Source: Craspedostauros australis (Eukaryota). From it: DNA of 64,000 nucleotides. The position numbers and the translations under genes are program-made. Positions 27,189-38,630 of this stretch are shown here, one piece after another; within the stretch, counting starts at the first letter, position 1; every line of letters starts with the position of its first letter. The notes below the pieces were generated by a model. The model searched no databases. It saw nothing but the letters and a program-made list of their open reading frames with translations, and had not been told where the DNA came from. The DNA is taken from assembly GCA_030167865.1 (NCBI GenBank), contig JALAGF010003973.1, forward strand, positions 1-64,000, in the 5' to 3' direction.

Positions 27189-29637
27189 TCACTGGGATGC
27201 CTTTGGCTGCGTCTCGGTGTAAATCGCCTCCATGGTCTTGTTGTCGCATTGGTCGAGAATCGGATTGCCGAGCGTTCCGCCAAGGTATCTGTCGGCATCG
27301 AACTTGACGCCAGGCCTGCCACGGAGAAGTATCGGAGAGCTGAGCCGAGATGGCTTGTTCTTGGCTGAAACGACTCTGTGCACCGTGGCAGGCACCTCGT
27401 TCCGCGTGCACAGCTGCATGTGCTCTCCTGCCATGATGGCAACGTATCTGGCATGCCAAGGCACCGTCGATTCCGCACCCTCGCCGATCTCCGAACCGTG
27501 CTGCTTTATCCAGTGGGCACGGGCCCTGAGCTCCGGTCGGTACCACTTGTCGGCCTCCTCGTCAAATACTTCCAGACCGTTGACCGCCGCCACAGGCACG
27601 GCCGTGACGAACGACGCGTCCGTGTGCGCGCCGAATACTTCTCGTCCGTTCGCCGCTGCAGCCTCGTCCTCGGGCTCCTGCTTGTCGCTGTACCGACACA
27701 GTCGATGCGGACTCATGCTGATGGCGCTCTCGTTGCTGTCGATATCGGCGGTGCTCTTCAGCGGTTTGCCATCATCAATCAGTTCATCTGCTAGCAGGAT
27801 GGCGGCGCTGGATGCCCTCTTCGATTGCTCCTGCTCATCCGTCATCATGCCCTCCGCAAATGCGCCGTACTCGACGCTCGAAGCCGCCGTGACGATTCGG
27901 ATTACATCTTTGCCAATCTCCGCGACAACATCGAATGCGTCTCCCAGATCGTTCATCGCATCCTCGCCCAGAACAGCATGTGCATCCTCGGGATGGAGCC
28001 GCTGCGTCTCGCGGTGTCGTCTGGTCTCGAGGAATGCCATCGAATCGTTGTTGTACGAGACGAATCCCACCTTCGCATGATCCGACCCAGCTTCGGTCGC
28101 GGTCGTCAAGCCTGCCAGCGGCGTGGGCGAGTCTCCGTCGACATCTTCGAAGAATTTGGCGGTCGCATCCCACATCTTTGTGAGCACCCCTGCTGCCTCG
28201 TTGGATTCTGCCTTGTCGCCGTCAGCAACGTCCACGATAAGCACACCGTGTGATACCAATGCGTTCATGACATGCATGAGAGCTGTGTATGGGTATGTGG
28301 TGCACGTATGTAATTGTATGTTTGGAAGAGGGAGCGTTGCGTAGGTGCACGAGTACGTATGCAATGATGTGTGTTCAGCAGTGCACAACATAACGTCGAA
28401 GCGAAGAAGATGTGTACCGAATCATTCCACGATGCATGAGATGGAATGTGCTTTGAATGAGCAATGCACAATGAACATTGACTGGTGGGCCACAACGATA
28501 CATTGACCTGGATCTTCGAATTCTGTACAACACGAATTGTGGCAACGCTCTGTTTTTGTTTGCTGAATGTTGCCGAGAGACGGCACACAGCGACCATTGC
28601 ATTTTGGCACGCGATTGCCGCGGACGTCATCAACTGCTCCCGCTGTTTGCGGTCATGGTCTATGAGCACTTACTTTGCTGGTTCTCGGTCCCGTCTTCAT
28701 TTCTGGAGGAGGGCAGGAGGTCGCTGCGGGAGATGACATTGTAGCCTTTGGCGTCGAGACCGTCGAATGCTTCGTCATCAGGCGTTGCTTCTTGTGGCGT
28801 GGCCTGCACTCGTTGCGAGTTCTCGCTTGCAAGATCAGAGAGAGATGCGATTTCATCATCGTCGAAGATGGCAGCCAACGCTTCCTCCGATGGCTGAATG
28901 TCGCCACCATCACCGTCATCATCGCCACCATCACCCTTCGTGGCCTTGGCTTCTTCGCGCAGCGCACCATCGGGATCCAATGCATCGACAAGCTCCTCGA
29001 TGGACAGCTCGCGGATCTTCGCCGGAACCTGCCTGGCGACGAAGTCGAACGTCTGACCTGGCTCCCATTCCTCGACGGCGTCCTCCAGACTGTCGTATGT
29101 TGTGGAGAATGCGACGCCGCTGTCCTCATCGTAGAGACGGATGGTGTCCACATCGCCCCACATGCCCTGATCCTCCTCCTCTTCCTGAAGCACCATCTCG
29201 AGACCGTTCTGCGACAGAGCAGCCCTGGTGGCCTCCTTGGCTGTGAAATCCATGGCGCACAGCATGAAGGCATCGCGAATCTCCTCCGACATGTCCATGC
29301 TGGACCTGGATGCGATGGCATCGAACATGCGCTTGCTGAGGGGCCCCGTTTGGAACGCCTCCCCGGCGATGCCGAGGTTGTAGTCTTCCACCTTCTTGGC
29401 ATCGATCTTGTCCGTCGTTCCCACCGGGAATGACTTCTCGATCCAGTTGGGACCATCGCCGACTTCGCCGTCGGAATAGTCCTTCTTGGCCGCCTGCAAC
29501 GCGGATGTGGTGGTTAGCGTCGTCTGCGCATGTCGAGACGGAGACGGGCGTGCTGAGAATCCAAACGCTGACTCGTAGCCTGTGCAGACCAGAAGGAGCA
29601 CCATCCACGATGGCAATAGTGATGATGAAAGCATCAT
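27189..29637 (-). CDS. Plastid-targeted 2-oxoglutarate/Fe(II) oxygenase-fold protein with acidic N-terminal domain (2 exons)
   Basis: Exon 1 is 29637-28674, a phase-1 intron GTAAGT..ACAG spans 28673-28283, and exon 2 is 28282-27189. Signal peptide ends ESA-F. Oxygenase motifs: FGAHTDASFVT, NGLEV, TVHRVV, RLSSP (HxD...H, RxS). Confidence 0.85.
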
Positions 29638-31744
29638 GAACTCGTGCCTTGCTCAGGTCTTGTGCGGTACGGGTATGGGCAGTGTGAAATGGATGGAGTA
29701 TCCGTGGATTAGGAATGGATTGGATTGCTCTTACCTCCTCTTGGGCCGAGCACGTGAGACGATGATTCTTTTTGCGTGATCGCGTCGCAGATGGAATGAG
29801 CGTCATCGTGGCAGTAGCGGTGGTGGCTGTTGTGGTTGGTGATGATGTGTGTGAGTGGTGATGGGAACACAGGTGATGTGGATCTGAATCTTTTTGGTTG
29901 GGGTCCGTTACTTCCACGTGGAATTCAATGACTAACACGATCGATGCTCATAGTCTACAAGAACAAAACATAGAATAATGCAACAGGTATTTTAGTCGTA
30001 GTGTTGAAACACGACAGAAAGCTCAATCCTCCCTGTCCCGCTCTGCCTCGCCATTTGATCCTACTTTTGACATCTTGATCTCAATTGGAGTTGAGGAATA
30101 GTACTTGGCTTGCCTTCTGGTGTGTGTTTGGATTGTGGAGCTGTGCCTGTTGGCATCAAGGACATGAATGCCACTGCCAGGAGGAGGTGTGGCAGAGACT
30201 GGTCCCTGTCTTGCTCCGCGTCTGTGTCTGACACTGGTCGCAGATGAAGATGGAGACAGAGTGTAGCTCGTGAGCACTCTGGCAATGGTGTCTTGCGCAA
30301 CCGCCGTTTCAGCAACGTGGACACGAAACGAAAGCAAGCACTGCACGAGTAGACCATGATACAACCACTGGATGAATGAAATGATGAATGATGATGATGG
30401 AGCAAAGATACTCCATGAACTTGGTAACGCGCGAGAACGAATGTGATCACTGCGCGAGTGCGTCATGAACTTGGCGATCGTACCGCGAGCCACGTCCACT
30501 CTCTCTCTGCCTGTCCATTCGCATTGCTGGAAGCAACACGAGGTGAGTACCCACATCCGTGAACGATGCAATTCCTCTCGCACCATTCCCACAACGGCCC
30601 ATCCATCGTCACCACAGGCCACATTGGGAACTGCCACCAACACAAGGCACATCTTGTTCTCCGAACATTGTTTGCTGCTGGCATTTGTGATTGTTCCACC
30701 CGAAACGCCTTTCCCACCCACCAAGAAAAAGGGAGACGTCTTTTTCGTCACACAACAAGTAATCGCAACAACGCGTCGTGTGGTATTCGTGGGTGTAGTA
30801 GCCAAAAGGCAATGCATTCCCAACGTGAAGGTCACAATCGCGGACATGCGGCTATGTGGCGGTACCCGGCCGGCGCATACCAAGGGCCCAAATGAAAGAG
30901 GACGACGATCGCACAAGGACACCAAAACGCGCTGTGCATGTCTGTGTGAGTCATTGGCGTTTCGATTTCATGATTTGGTGAAGCTGTCAGTGCGAGCAAC
31001 GGAATGTCACTATGTCAGTGGTGAGGTCGTAGACATTTTTGTGCTATAATTACATCCGGCTCAACTTACAGAAGCGGACTTATAGCTTTCTCCGTCATGC
31101 GCGAGAGGAATGCAAAAAGCGAAATCCGTTGCCTCACGGCGCACGATCACCCATGTCTCGCCAGACCTTCGTGTTGCACATGTAACTTTGGGCTGCATCG
31201 CTGCTGAACGTGGCGTTGTCCGTAAAAACCAATCCAGCGAAAAAATCAAAATGCTGTGCGGACGTGTTATTTTGTGGACAGACATGCGCGCACTATGTGG
31301 CGGAGTGATCCAGCACACTCGCAGCGTGGAAGAACGTGTGCGCCATGAAAATGACACCAAACATCCGAGACCACATTCAGAAGAAGCGGAGCCACCAATG
31401 CAACGGAAGCGACAAGCGTGTGTTGGCAGCGACGGGGAATGGGAAAAGAACCTTGGAATACCGACCAAACTTCCCAACGCAACCCTGGCACATCGAAAGG
31501 CTAGACGGAGCAGTTGTTCGCGTACAACAAGCAGACACTCTGTGAGTGTACTGATGGTGTCGCGTTGTCCGCTGCTGACTTACATGGAGGTCGTGTTCCT
31601 TCACAACAACAACTGAAGCTCCCACAATTTCGTCTCAGCCACACCTGTCACATCTTCCCTCGCCAAGAATTCCATCAACAACAACAGCTACAGCTACTAC
31701 ATCTACATCTACAATCAACACCCGCAACCGCAATAATCAACAAG

Positions 31745-32374
31745 ATGCCTCCTTTCTCCAACTACGCCGACGAATGCCCTGCGCTCACCCTGAGCGACAG
31801 CGTCTCGAGCTTCGGCGATTCCAGCTCCGCATCAAGTGACTCCTCCACCGGAAGCACTCAGACGAACTGCGCACGGAAACAACCCCAGGAGAAGCAAGGT
31901 GGAACTGAACAACAACAACAACAGGAGCAGCAGCAGCAGCAACGGCAGAAGAAGCCAAAGAAGAAAGTGGGCTTCGCCATGTACGCGGAAGTGGTCGAGA
32001 TCAACAACGTGGATGACATCACGAGGGAGGAGAAGGCATCCATGTGGTTCAGCCGCCCGGAACTCAAGGCCATCAAGCGATCGGTCGTGGTCACAATTTT
32101 GGCGGTAAATGCCAATAAAAGCAGCGCCAACGGCGTCCACCAAGATGCGCATTACGCACGAGGCTTGGAGAAGCTCTTCACCGCCAACGTCGCCCGCATG
32201 CGCCAAACACGCCTTGCCGCCAAGGAGGCCGTCTTCGGACTGCAGAAGCTGCACCGGCTCAAGGGCGTCGAAGTGTCGGCCCTCATGGCGGACATGTACG
32301 GCTCCATCTCCACGTCTGCGTTGGATGAGGCAAGAGTCCTCGCAGCGAACGATTCTATCGAGGCCATCGTCTGA
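31745..32374 (+). CDS. Hypothetical protein of the diatom-type VxF...WF...RGLE family
   Basis: ATG at 31745 (MPPFSNY), Ser/Gln-rich N-terminus, then KKVGFAMYAEVVEI..EEKASMWFSRPEL..RGLE. Coding-like codon bias. Confidence 0.75.
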   Translation: MPPFSNYADECPALTLSDSVSSFGDSSSASSDSSTGSTQTNCARKQPQEKQGGTEQQQQQEQQQQQRQKKPKKKVGFAMYAEVVEINNVDDITREEKASMWFSRPELKAIKRSVVVTILAVNANKSSANGVHQDAHYARGLEKLFTANVARMRQTRLAAKEAVFGLQKLHRLKGVEVSALMADMYGSISTSALDEARVLAANDSIEAIV

Positions 32375-33591
32375 GCGACTCGCGTCTTTCTCACCAACAC
32401 AGCACGAAACAAACAAGCATGGCTCAACGATGGCACCAGTGATGACGTTGGACGTCACTTCACTGGCTGGCTAGAGCACGCTCCTTCGCCTGCCCGCAGC
32501 ATCGTCCCAGCGCGCTCGACGCACCCGCTCGGCAATGAACGGTGGAGCAAGAAGGATCCATCGCTCACGGCCGTCCCCCAAGAAGCAGTCGTGCTGCGGC
32601 ACGCGAACGAGAACGCTTCGGCACAACGGCAGCACTCCAACCAACAAGTCAGAAACACGCCGCAGGAGAGCAGCCAACTCGAGGCAACAGAACTGCATCA
32701 CCATGAACGTGATGCATATTCCTCTTCTCTATTTCAAAGAGCAACGGAGCACCATACCTGGATCGCGATGATTCAAGCTCCGATCATGGCGGGAGCACGG
32801 CAAAGGCGAACAAGCGCAAACACGACCACTTTGCTGTTTCAACTCCGTTGGAACTACGCCACCACGACTGATCAAAGCGTTGCTTCTTGCCTCTCCTGAC
32901 GCACCGCGGAACTCACCACCACCACAGCCGCACAGCTTGACAACATAATTCAAACATCCCACACCACAGGTGTGGCAGCTACTCTCAGTTTTCCAGCATG
33001 TCACTGTCTTTGAACAAGCCCCAGGGCATACATTATAATATCATATTATAGAAGAATAACTGAACCATATCATACAATGCAATCACCATGGCACAAACTC
33101 TAATCAATCAACACTTTACGAAGTATCAGCATAGTATTCATGTCATATGCATAGATGCGACATGCTTCATCCAAATTATGCATTGTCCCAGCAAGACCAC
33201 TGAAAGATGATCGTGATCATGCCTGCGCGCAAATAGGAAAACAGAAGTATCACGATGCTGGCAGTCGTCAGATTCATCCATGGAGTACACGTAGTCGTTG
33301 AGCACTCCAGCTCGTACGCATCTCATCGCAGTATCCATCATGCCAGATCATGCAGAATAGTAGAGCAAAGTGCACCAGAGGAACACAATCAGTCCATCCA
33401 TCCATCCACACATACAGTACATGCAACAGGAGTATAGCACAACAGAGGCCTTGCCTCGTCTCGCCTGCGCAGTACGGACACATTCATTTTGTTTATGTAG
33501 CAGCAGATTCGCTATGAATGTTCGACAACCCTACTCTATGCAAAGATTCCTCTCTCTGTTTCTTACGCCAACTTCCGCACATGCGAATCGC

Positions 33592-34224
33592 CTACGACCG
33601 CGCATCTTCGAGATCCAATGTCAAAGATTCCGCCCCGTGGAACTGTTTCTGCAACACGATGGTCGTCGTTCCATCCGCGCACTCGACATGGAACGGCGTC
33701 AACTGGGAATGCCCCAACGGCGACAGCAGATCCATCGTGAGCTGCAAATCCACTGTATCCTTCGCGATGGAATCAGGCAGCGAGCTCTCCACGCTGGACG
33801 CGGATACGTAGCTGTGAATGATGCTGCCGCTGCTGAAGCCGCCATTGGACAGGCTGGATCCCGACACGTTATCCCGCTGCCGTGTGCATTCGGATTTCAA
33901 GCTGCTCTCAATGCTGCTCTCGTCGTCGCTGGTGCTGTCGTCGTGTGCGCCGACGAGCTCTTCGAAGAGCAATGACACTTCTTCATCATCATTGGCGGCA
34001 TGCCGCACGACGCCAAGCGTCTTGCCGAGGGAGCTTTCCACGGTCAATCGATCATTCAGGTCTTCGTACTCGGATGAATCATCCTCGGTTGGGATGTGAT
34101 GGTTGATTGGGAACTTGCGATGTATCGGACGGCCGAGCGCGACCTCGCCTTTGCGATTACTGACTTGGTTGGCTTGACTCGCGTCATCGTCGTTGCTGCT
34201 GCTGATGATGGTGTTGTCATCCAT
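33592..34224 (-). CDS. Hypothetical acidic Ser-rich protein
   Basis: ORF of about 210 aa from ATG 34224 (MDDNTII) with protein-like composition. No recognisable domain. Confidence 0.55.
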   Translation of the reverse strand: MDDNTIISSSNDDDASQANQVSNRKGEVALGRPIHRKFPINHHIPTEDDSSEYEDLNDRLTVESSLGKTLGVVRHAANDDEEVSLLFEELVGAHDDSTSDDESSIESSLKSECTRQRDNVSGSSLSNGGFSSGSIIHSYVSASSVESSLPDSIAKDTVDLQLTMDLLSPLGHSQLTPFHVECADGTTTIVLQKQFHGAESLTLDLEDARS

Positions 34225-35138
34225 CTCTGATTGAGTCTTCGAGAACACAGATAGAGTACGATGATAACCTGTTGCTCAACTGCGTTGCTTCCTTTCAGTC
34301 TTTATGGTGATCGTGCGTGTCACGATGCTGCAATTTGGCGAGTGGATACTTGGCTCGTTGATACTTGGCTCGTTGACTGGCTGTCCCAACAGACTCGATG
34401 GTGGTCCTGATTGTGATTGTGTCAACCCAGACGGTGCAAACAGCGATGCAATCAATAATGGTCTGTCCAACGTGTATGCTCAGAAGATGAAGCGGAGTGT
34501 GTGAAGATGAGTTGTGTCATCACACAACATGCAGAATCCTCTTGTGCATCCTCGGTGGTCGTGTAACACCCATAGCTGTTGTTCCTATTTGCCCTCTCCT
34601 GCTCATGCCACACCCTTCATCTTGGTCGTTGATGGATCATTATGTTCGCACAGAACAGCTGAAGCCTTCACACACACGGACAGGACAGCCACAGCGGAGA
34701 AGTCTGTTTTCTCCTTCGGTGTCGTGGCGACAGTTTGTGGTGACACCACACACGGATCTGTGGTTGGCTCTTCCCAGTCACGACACAAATCGATTCACAA
34801 CCACCGAACAAAAGATCCATCCAAGCAACCACCTCGTGTGGCTCGTCCGAACAGAACCACAGCAACAACCACCTCCACAATCAGATCAGATCCTCCCATC
34901 TCTCCCACCACGATCGTCACCATAGTTGCCACCGTCTTCATCGCGGTGGTCCACTGTTGCCCACCTCTCCTAATCGCATTCTGGCACACTCTCTGCAAAG
35001 CTCCATCGATAGCCACGCTGCGGTCGAACGTTCTTCCCAGATACTCACTCACTCGCTCACTCACGGACGTACACATGCACAAGCGCATGCGTTCGGGTAC
35101 ATACAAGCCACAGCGCCATTTGGCTCGCCTACCATCGA

Positions 35139-35549
35139 ATGGAGACTCCTCGCGACGCTGCGAGCATTCGCGCAAACCTCGATGACGAAGACATCGTGAA
35201 ACTGCTGGAGGATCAGTACAGATACGTGGAGCGGTATTGCAACGCGCAAACCGCACTGTGGAACCAATGCACGTCGAGCAACCCCACGTCGCATTGCGTC
35301 ACATCGCTGGCGCGTTGCCTCGATGCGGTGCGTGCCAACTTTCGGGCATTGCGGCAACTGGATGCACGCGCGCTGCAGCGGCATGTGGAGATCAGCCGCC
35401 GCGTGTTGCAGACGATTGGGAACAATCCCGGGTGGACGGCCGAAGGACTGCCGTCGTCGAGCAATGTCAGCAGCGTGGCGGCCAACACGGTGGCATTGGC
35501 AACGCTCAAGGCCTCCATGGAGGCGGTGCTCGATGCGTTGGTGTTGTGA
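35139..35549 (+). CDS. Hypothetical helical protein (136 aa)
   Basis: ATG-initiated ORF with an amphipathic helical pattern, GC-richer than its flanks. Confidence 0.55.
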   Translation: METPRDAASIRANLDDEDIVKLLEDQYRYVERYCNAQTALWNQCTSSNPTSHCVTSLARCLDAVRANFRALRQLDARALQRHVEISRRVLQTIGNNPGWTAEGLPSSSNVSSVAANTVALATLKASMEAVLDALVL

Positions 35550-36622
35550 GATGAGATGGTGGGGACATGGTTGGTGTGGTGTGGTCTGGTCTTGGAGTGG
35601 GGTGGAGTGGAGTGCAGTAGGGCTGGTCTGAATGGCTCCTTCCATCCTTGCATTCGCCCATGGTTGTATTCGCCCCCATCAAGTACAATCGGTCAGCATG
35701 TGAACAAAGGCAGACACCCGGGCGGGTGTATCACGCAATCAACCGAAGACTCAAAGATGGAACAGAGCAGCATGTGGCCACGAGTGAATCTGCGAATATT
35801 GTACTTTTGTTGCTTAGAGTAGTGCTCTACCATGCCGCACACTACAATACTCAATCCACATCTGATAGAAGGATGAAGCCTTCGCTATTGCGCAAATGAA
35901 GGGCTCTCGACACCGCAAGCAGTCAGTGCGGTTCAATGAATCGAGATTCAAGGTACAAAATACAAAGCGATCATTTGTGAATGCGCTGCGACCTATGCCG
36001 TACAATTCGAGTGGAGCACGATCTATCTTTCCTTCTTCCATTCTGCCAACAAGCAATAGTGTCACAATGGGCGGCAATCGACGCAGCTCGCACAACTCCA
36101 TACCCATACAGCAGAGTGTTAGAGTAGGACAGTAATGGTATGAAGCAGTCTACACCTACTCTACACACCACGAGTACTCACTCCTGTCATGTTTGTGCAA
36201 AGTCGTCTGGAGTGGAGTGGGAAAATAGGGGTACATACGACTACAACGATTCGTAGGCTGCGCGAGCCACAGATGCACAGCTCAAGTGCCGATCATGGAA
36301 GCAGAAATAAATCCGACGTGATCATCTTTTCGCATCGTTTCTCATTTCAATTTTTGTAAAGTGTTCTGTGAGGAGGAGTGACGTCTTCGACCAATCTGGG
36401 TTCTCCCTTCAGGTGGAAGAATCTTTTGCCTCCGTGTGTGCAAGGAGAGGAGCGATGCCCTTCCGCATCGGAACAGACACAACAGCAACACAACCATGCG
36501 CATGCGTACTATACGATCTTTGTACCATACCAATACGCACCTGCAACAGTAGCTTGGACCATAAAAACATAAACCAGCAACACACGCAACCACACAAAAC
36601 GCACCAACAAGATTCGCCCACG

Positions 36623-37438
36623 ATGACCATCCTCCGAATCCTGCAGCGCTCTGTTCTGCGCACCAACTTGCGATCGACAGCGTCTCGCGCTGTCGGCGCC
36701 TCTGGGATGCTATCCAACCAGCAGCACGGCATCGGAGCCACCGCTTCCTTCTCCGCACTCTCCACGGCAGGCCGCGTTTGGTACCAGCCAACATCAACTC
36801 CAGCCGCAGCAACCAACACCACCATCACGACGCGATCGTACACCACCCCAGAGTACAGCATCCCAGGATACCCATCCTTGATCGGCGAAATCGTGGATGC
36901 CAACGAGCGTTTCGAAGACAAGATCAAGATCCAGCCATGGTCCGAAACGTCCAACGCCGTCGATGAGTCCAGGACCGACGAGGAGCTCGCCACCCTCAAC
37001 GCCGACGACCACGACTGGTGCGTCCTCGCCAAGACCACGTACCAACCTGGCGATGTCGTCATCCAGACGCGAATCATGGACGTTTCCGACTCACGCCATT
37101 CCCACACTCTGCAGGCCGGCCGCGACAAGCACGTCCTCATCGATCTGCCAAGCCGATTCATCAATCACTCCTGCGATCCCAACATGGACATCCACGTCAA
37201 GACGCACGAGGACTCCACCACCACCATCCACTTCACGGCGGCCAAGACCATCACGCCTGGTGAGCACTTGTCGTGGGATTACGAATGCACGGAGGACGAA
37301 CTCGACAACGCCTTCGACTGCTGCTGCGGTTCCGTGACGTGCCGCGGCAAGATCAGCGGCTTCATGGTTCGTCCCGAGGAGCTTTTGGCCATCAAGAAGG
37401 ACAAGATCTCGCCGCATCTCCTGGAAATGTTGGCGTAA
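36623..37438 (+). CDS. SET-domain lysine methyltransferase with post-SET Cys cluster and likely mitochondrial presequence
   Basis: RFINHSCDPN, ITPGEHLSWDY and post-SET FDCCCGSVTCRG. ATG at 36623 (MTILRILQRS) begins an Arg/Ser/Thr-rich leader with no acidic residues. Confidence 0.88.
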   Translation: MTILRILQRSVLRTNLRSTASRAVGASGMLSNQQHGIGATASFSALSTAGRVWYQPTSTPAAATNTTITTRSYTTPEYSIPGYPSLIGEIVDANERFEDKIKIQPWSETSNAVDESRTDEELATLNADDHDWCVLAKTTYQPGDVVIQTRIMDVSDSRHSHTLQAGRDKHVLIDLPSRFINHSCDPNMDIHVKTHEDSTTTIHFTAAKTITPGEHLSWDYECTEDELDNAFDCCCGSVTCRGKISGFMVRPEELLAIKKDKISPHLLEMLA

Positions 37439-38630
37439 ACCGGCTGTTCTGCGGAACGTTTGCGTGGTACGTACGGCACCCCGACGATACATTCGATTGC
37501 CCCAATGCATCGGCGGCGTGGTCGCATGTCCAGCGAAACACTGGTGGCCGCAGCAGTTCAATGCAATCGGAATGACAACGGGATTGTTGGAATCAGGTGC
37601 TTCAATGTGTTGCTCATCAACCGTGGATGGCGATACGTTGGGAGAGCAAACTCTGCCACAGCACTAACACAATATTATAATGTAATGCAATGAAAGGTAG
37701 CACACGAGCTTTCATGCTCCAACATACCAATCCACATGCGTCTCGCAGCAAACATCGCAATCATTTGGATGTCTCCAAAGTGAGAGGTAGCAGCGATTGC
37801 ATTTGTACAACATGAGCGAACCGGAGACATCTCCAAACGATTTTACAGTTTCACATAATGTCGGTTGATGCCTTTGCAGCGTTCCGGCCTTCCGCGCTGT
37901 ACCGACCGGGTTGGAAGCCTTAGCAAGGTTGCATGCAACTGTCCTCTCGATTGGAGCAACGAAGGTGGAGTGGAGTACGACCTTGGCGAACTCGTTGCAA
38001 TGCCCATGGCCAAATCGTGGCAAGCAAATTCAAAAGTCTACGACTACGTTTGGGAGAGAGTCTACTTCGATGAGGTTCGTTTCTCATCGACGAACAACGT
38101 ACACATGACGGACTTCAATGGAGTCGTGATTGAAGAGATGGAAAGCGAATCACGATTCTGACAAGAATCGGATCAGAGGAGTCGATCGCGAAAACAAAGA
38201 CCCAACTGACCAACGTTTCGCCCATCGAATCTCTCCGAACAAATGACGACAGCACGCTGGTGCCGGCTGTGTTTCGCACGCGGTACAGCAGCCACGTAAT
38301 TCAGTGCGAAAATGCCCGCAAGAGACATGGCGAAAAAGACCACGACAGGAACGACTCACGCAAAACCCCACCAACCAGGAACCAGCAATCGTCGATTCAT
38401 CGACCGCCTTCCGACAAAGCCGGAAGACCAGCAAGAACGATCTTGCGCATTGCCGCCCAACACTCACCCACAAACAAACAGACCAAGAAGCACAACGTTT
38501 GGATCATCGTCGTACTTGTGTAGCGCAAGCGAAGACGACAAGAAGACGAACACGAACGGCAGCAGCATCATAACAACACATCCCATCACAACATATCGCC
38601 ACACAGCACAACAGCAAGCAAGAAAGCAAG

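Noticed and set aside
30023-31616. Long ORFs (300, 194 and 168 aa) in the intergenic region
   Set aside because: Cys/Arg/Ser-rich random-like translations with mostly non-ATG starts and no coding bias.
34345-34374. 15-bp tandem duplication GATACTTGGCTCGTT x2
   Set aside because: An isolated slippage-type duplication with no element between the copies and no terminal repeats.
37865-38161. 98-aa ORF with somewhat protein-like sequence
   Set aside because: Non-ATG start, no recognisable motif and weak codon bias. At most a gene relic.
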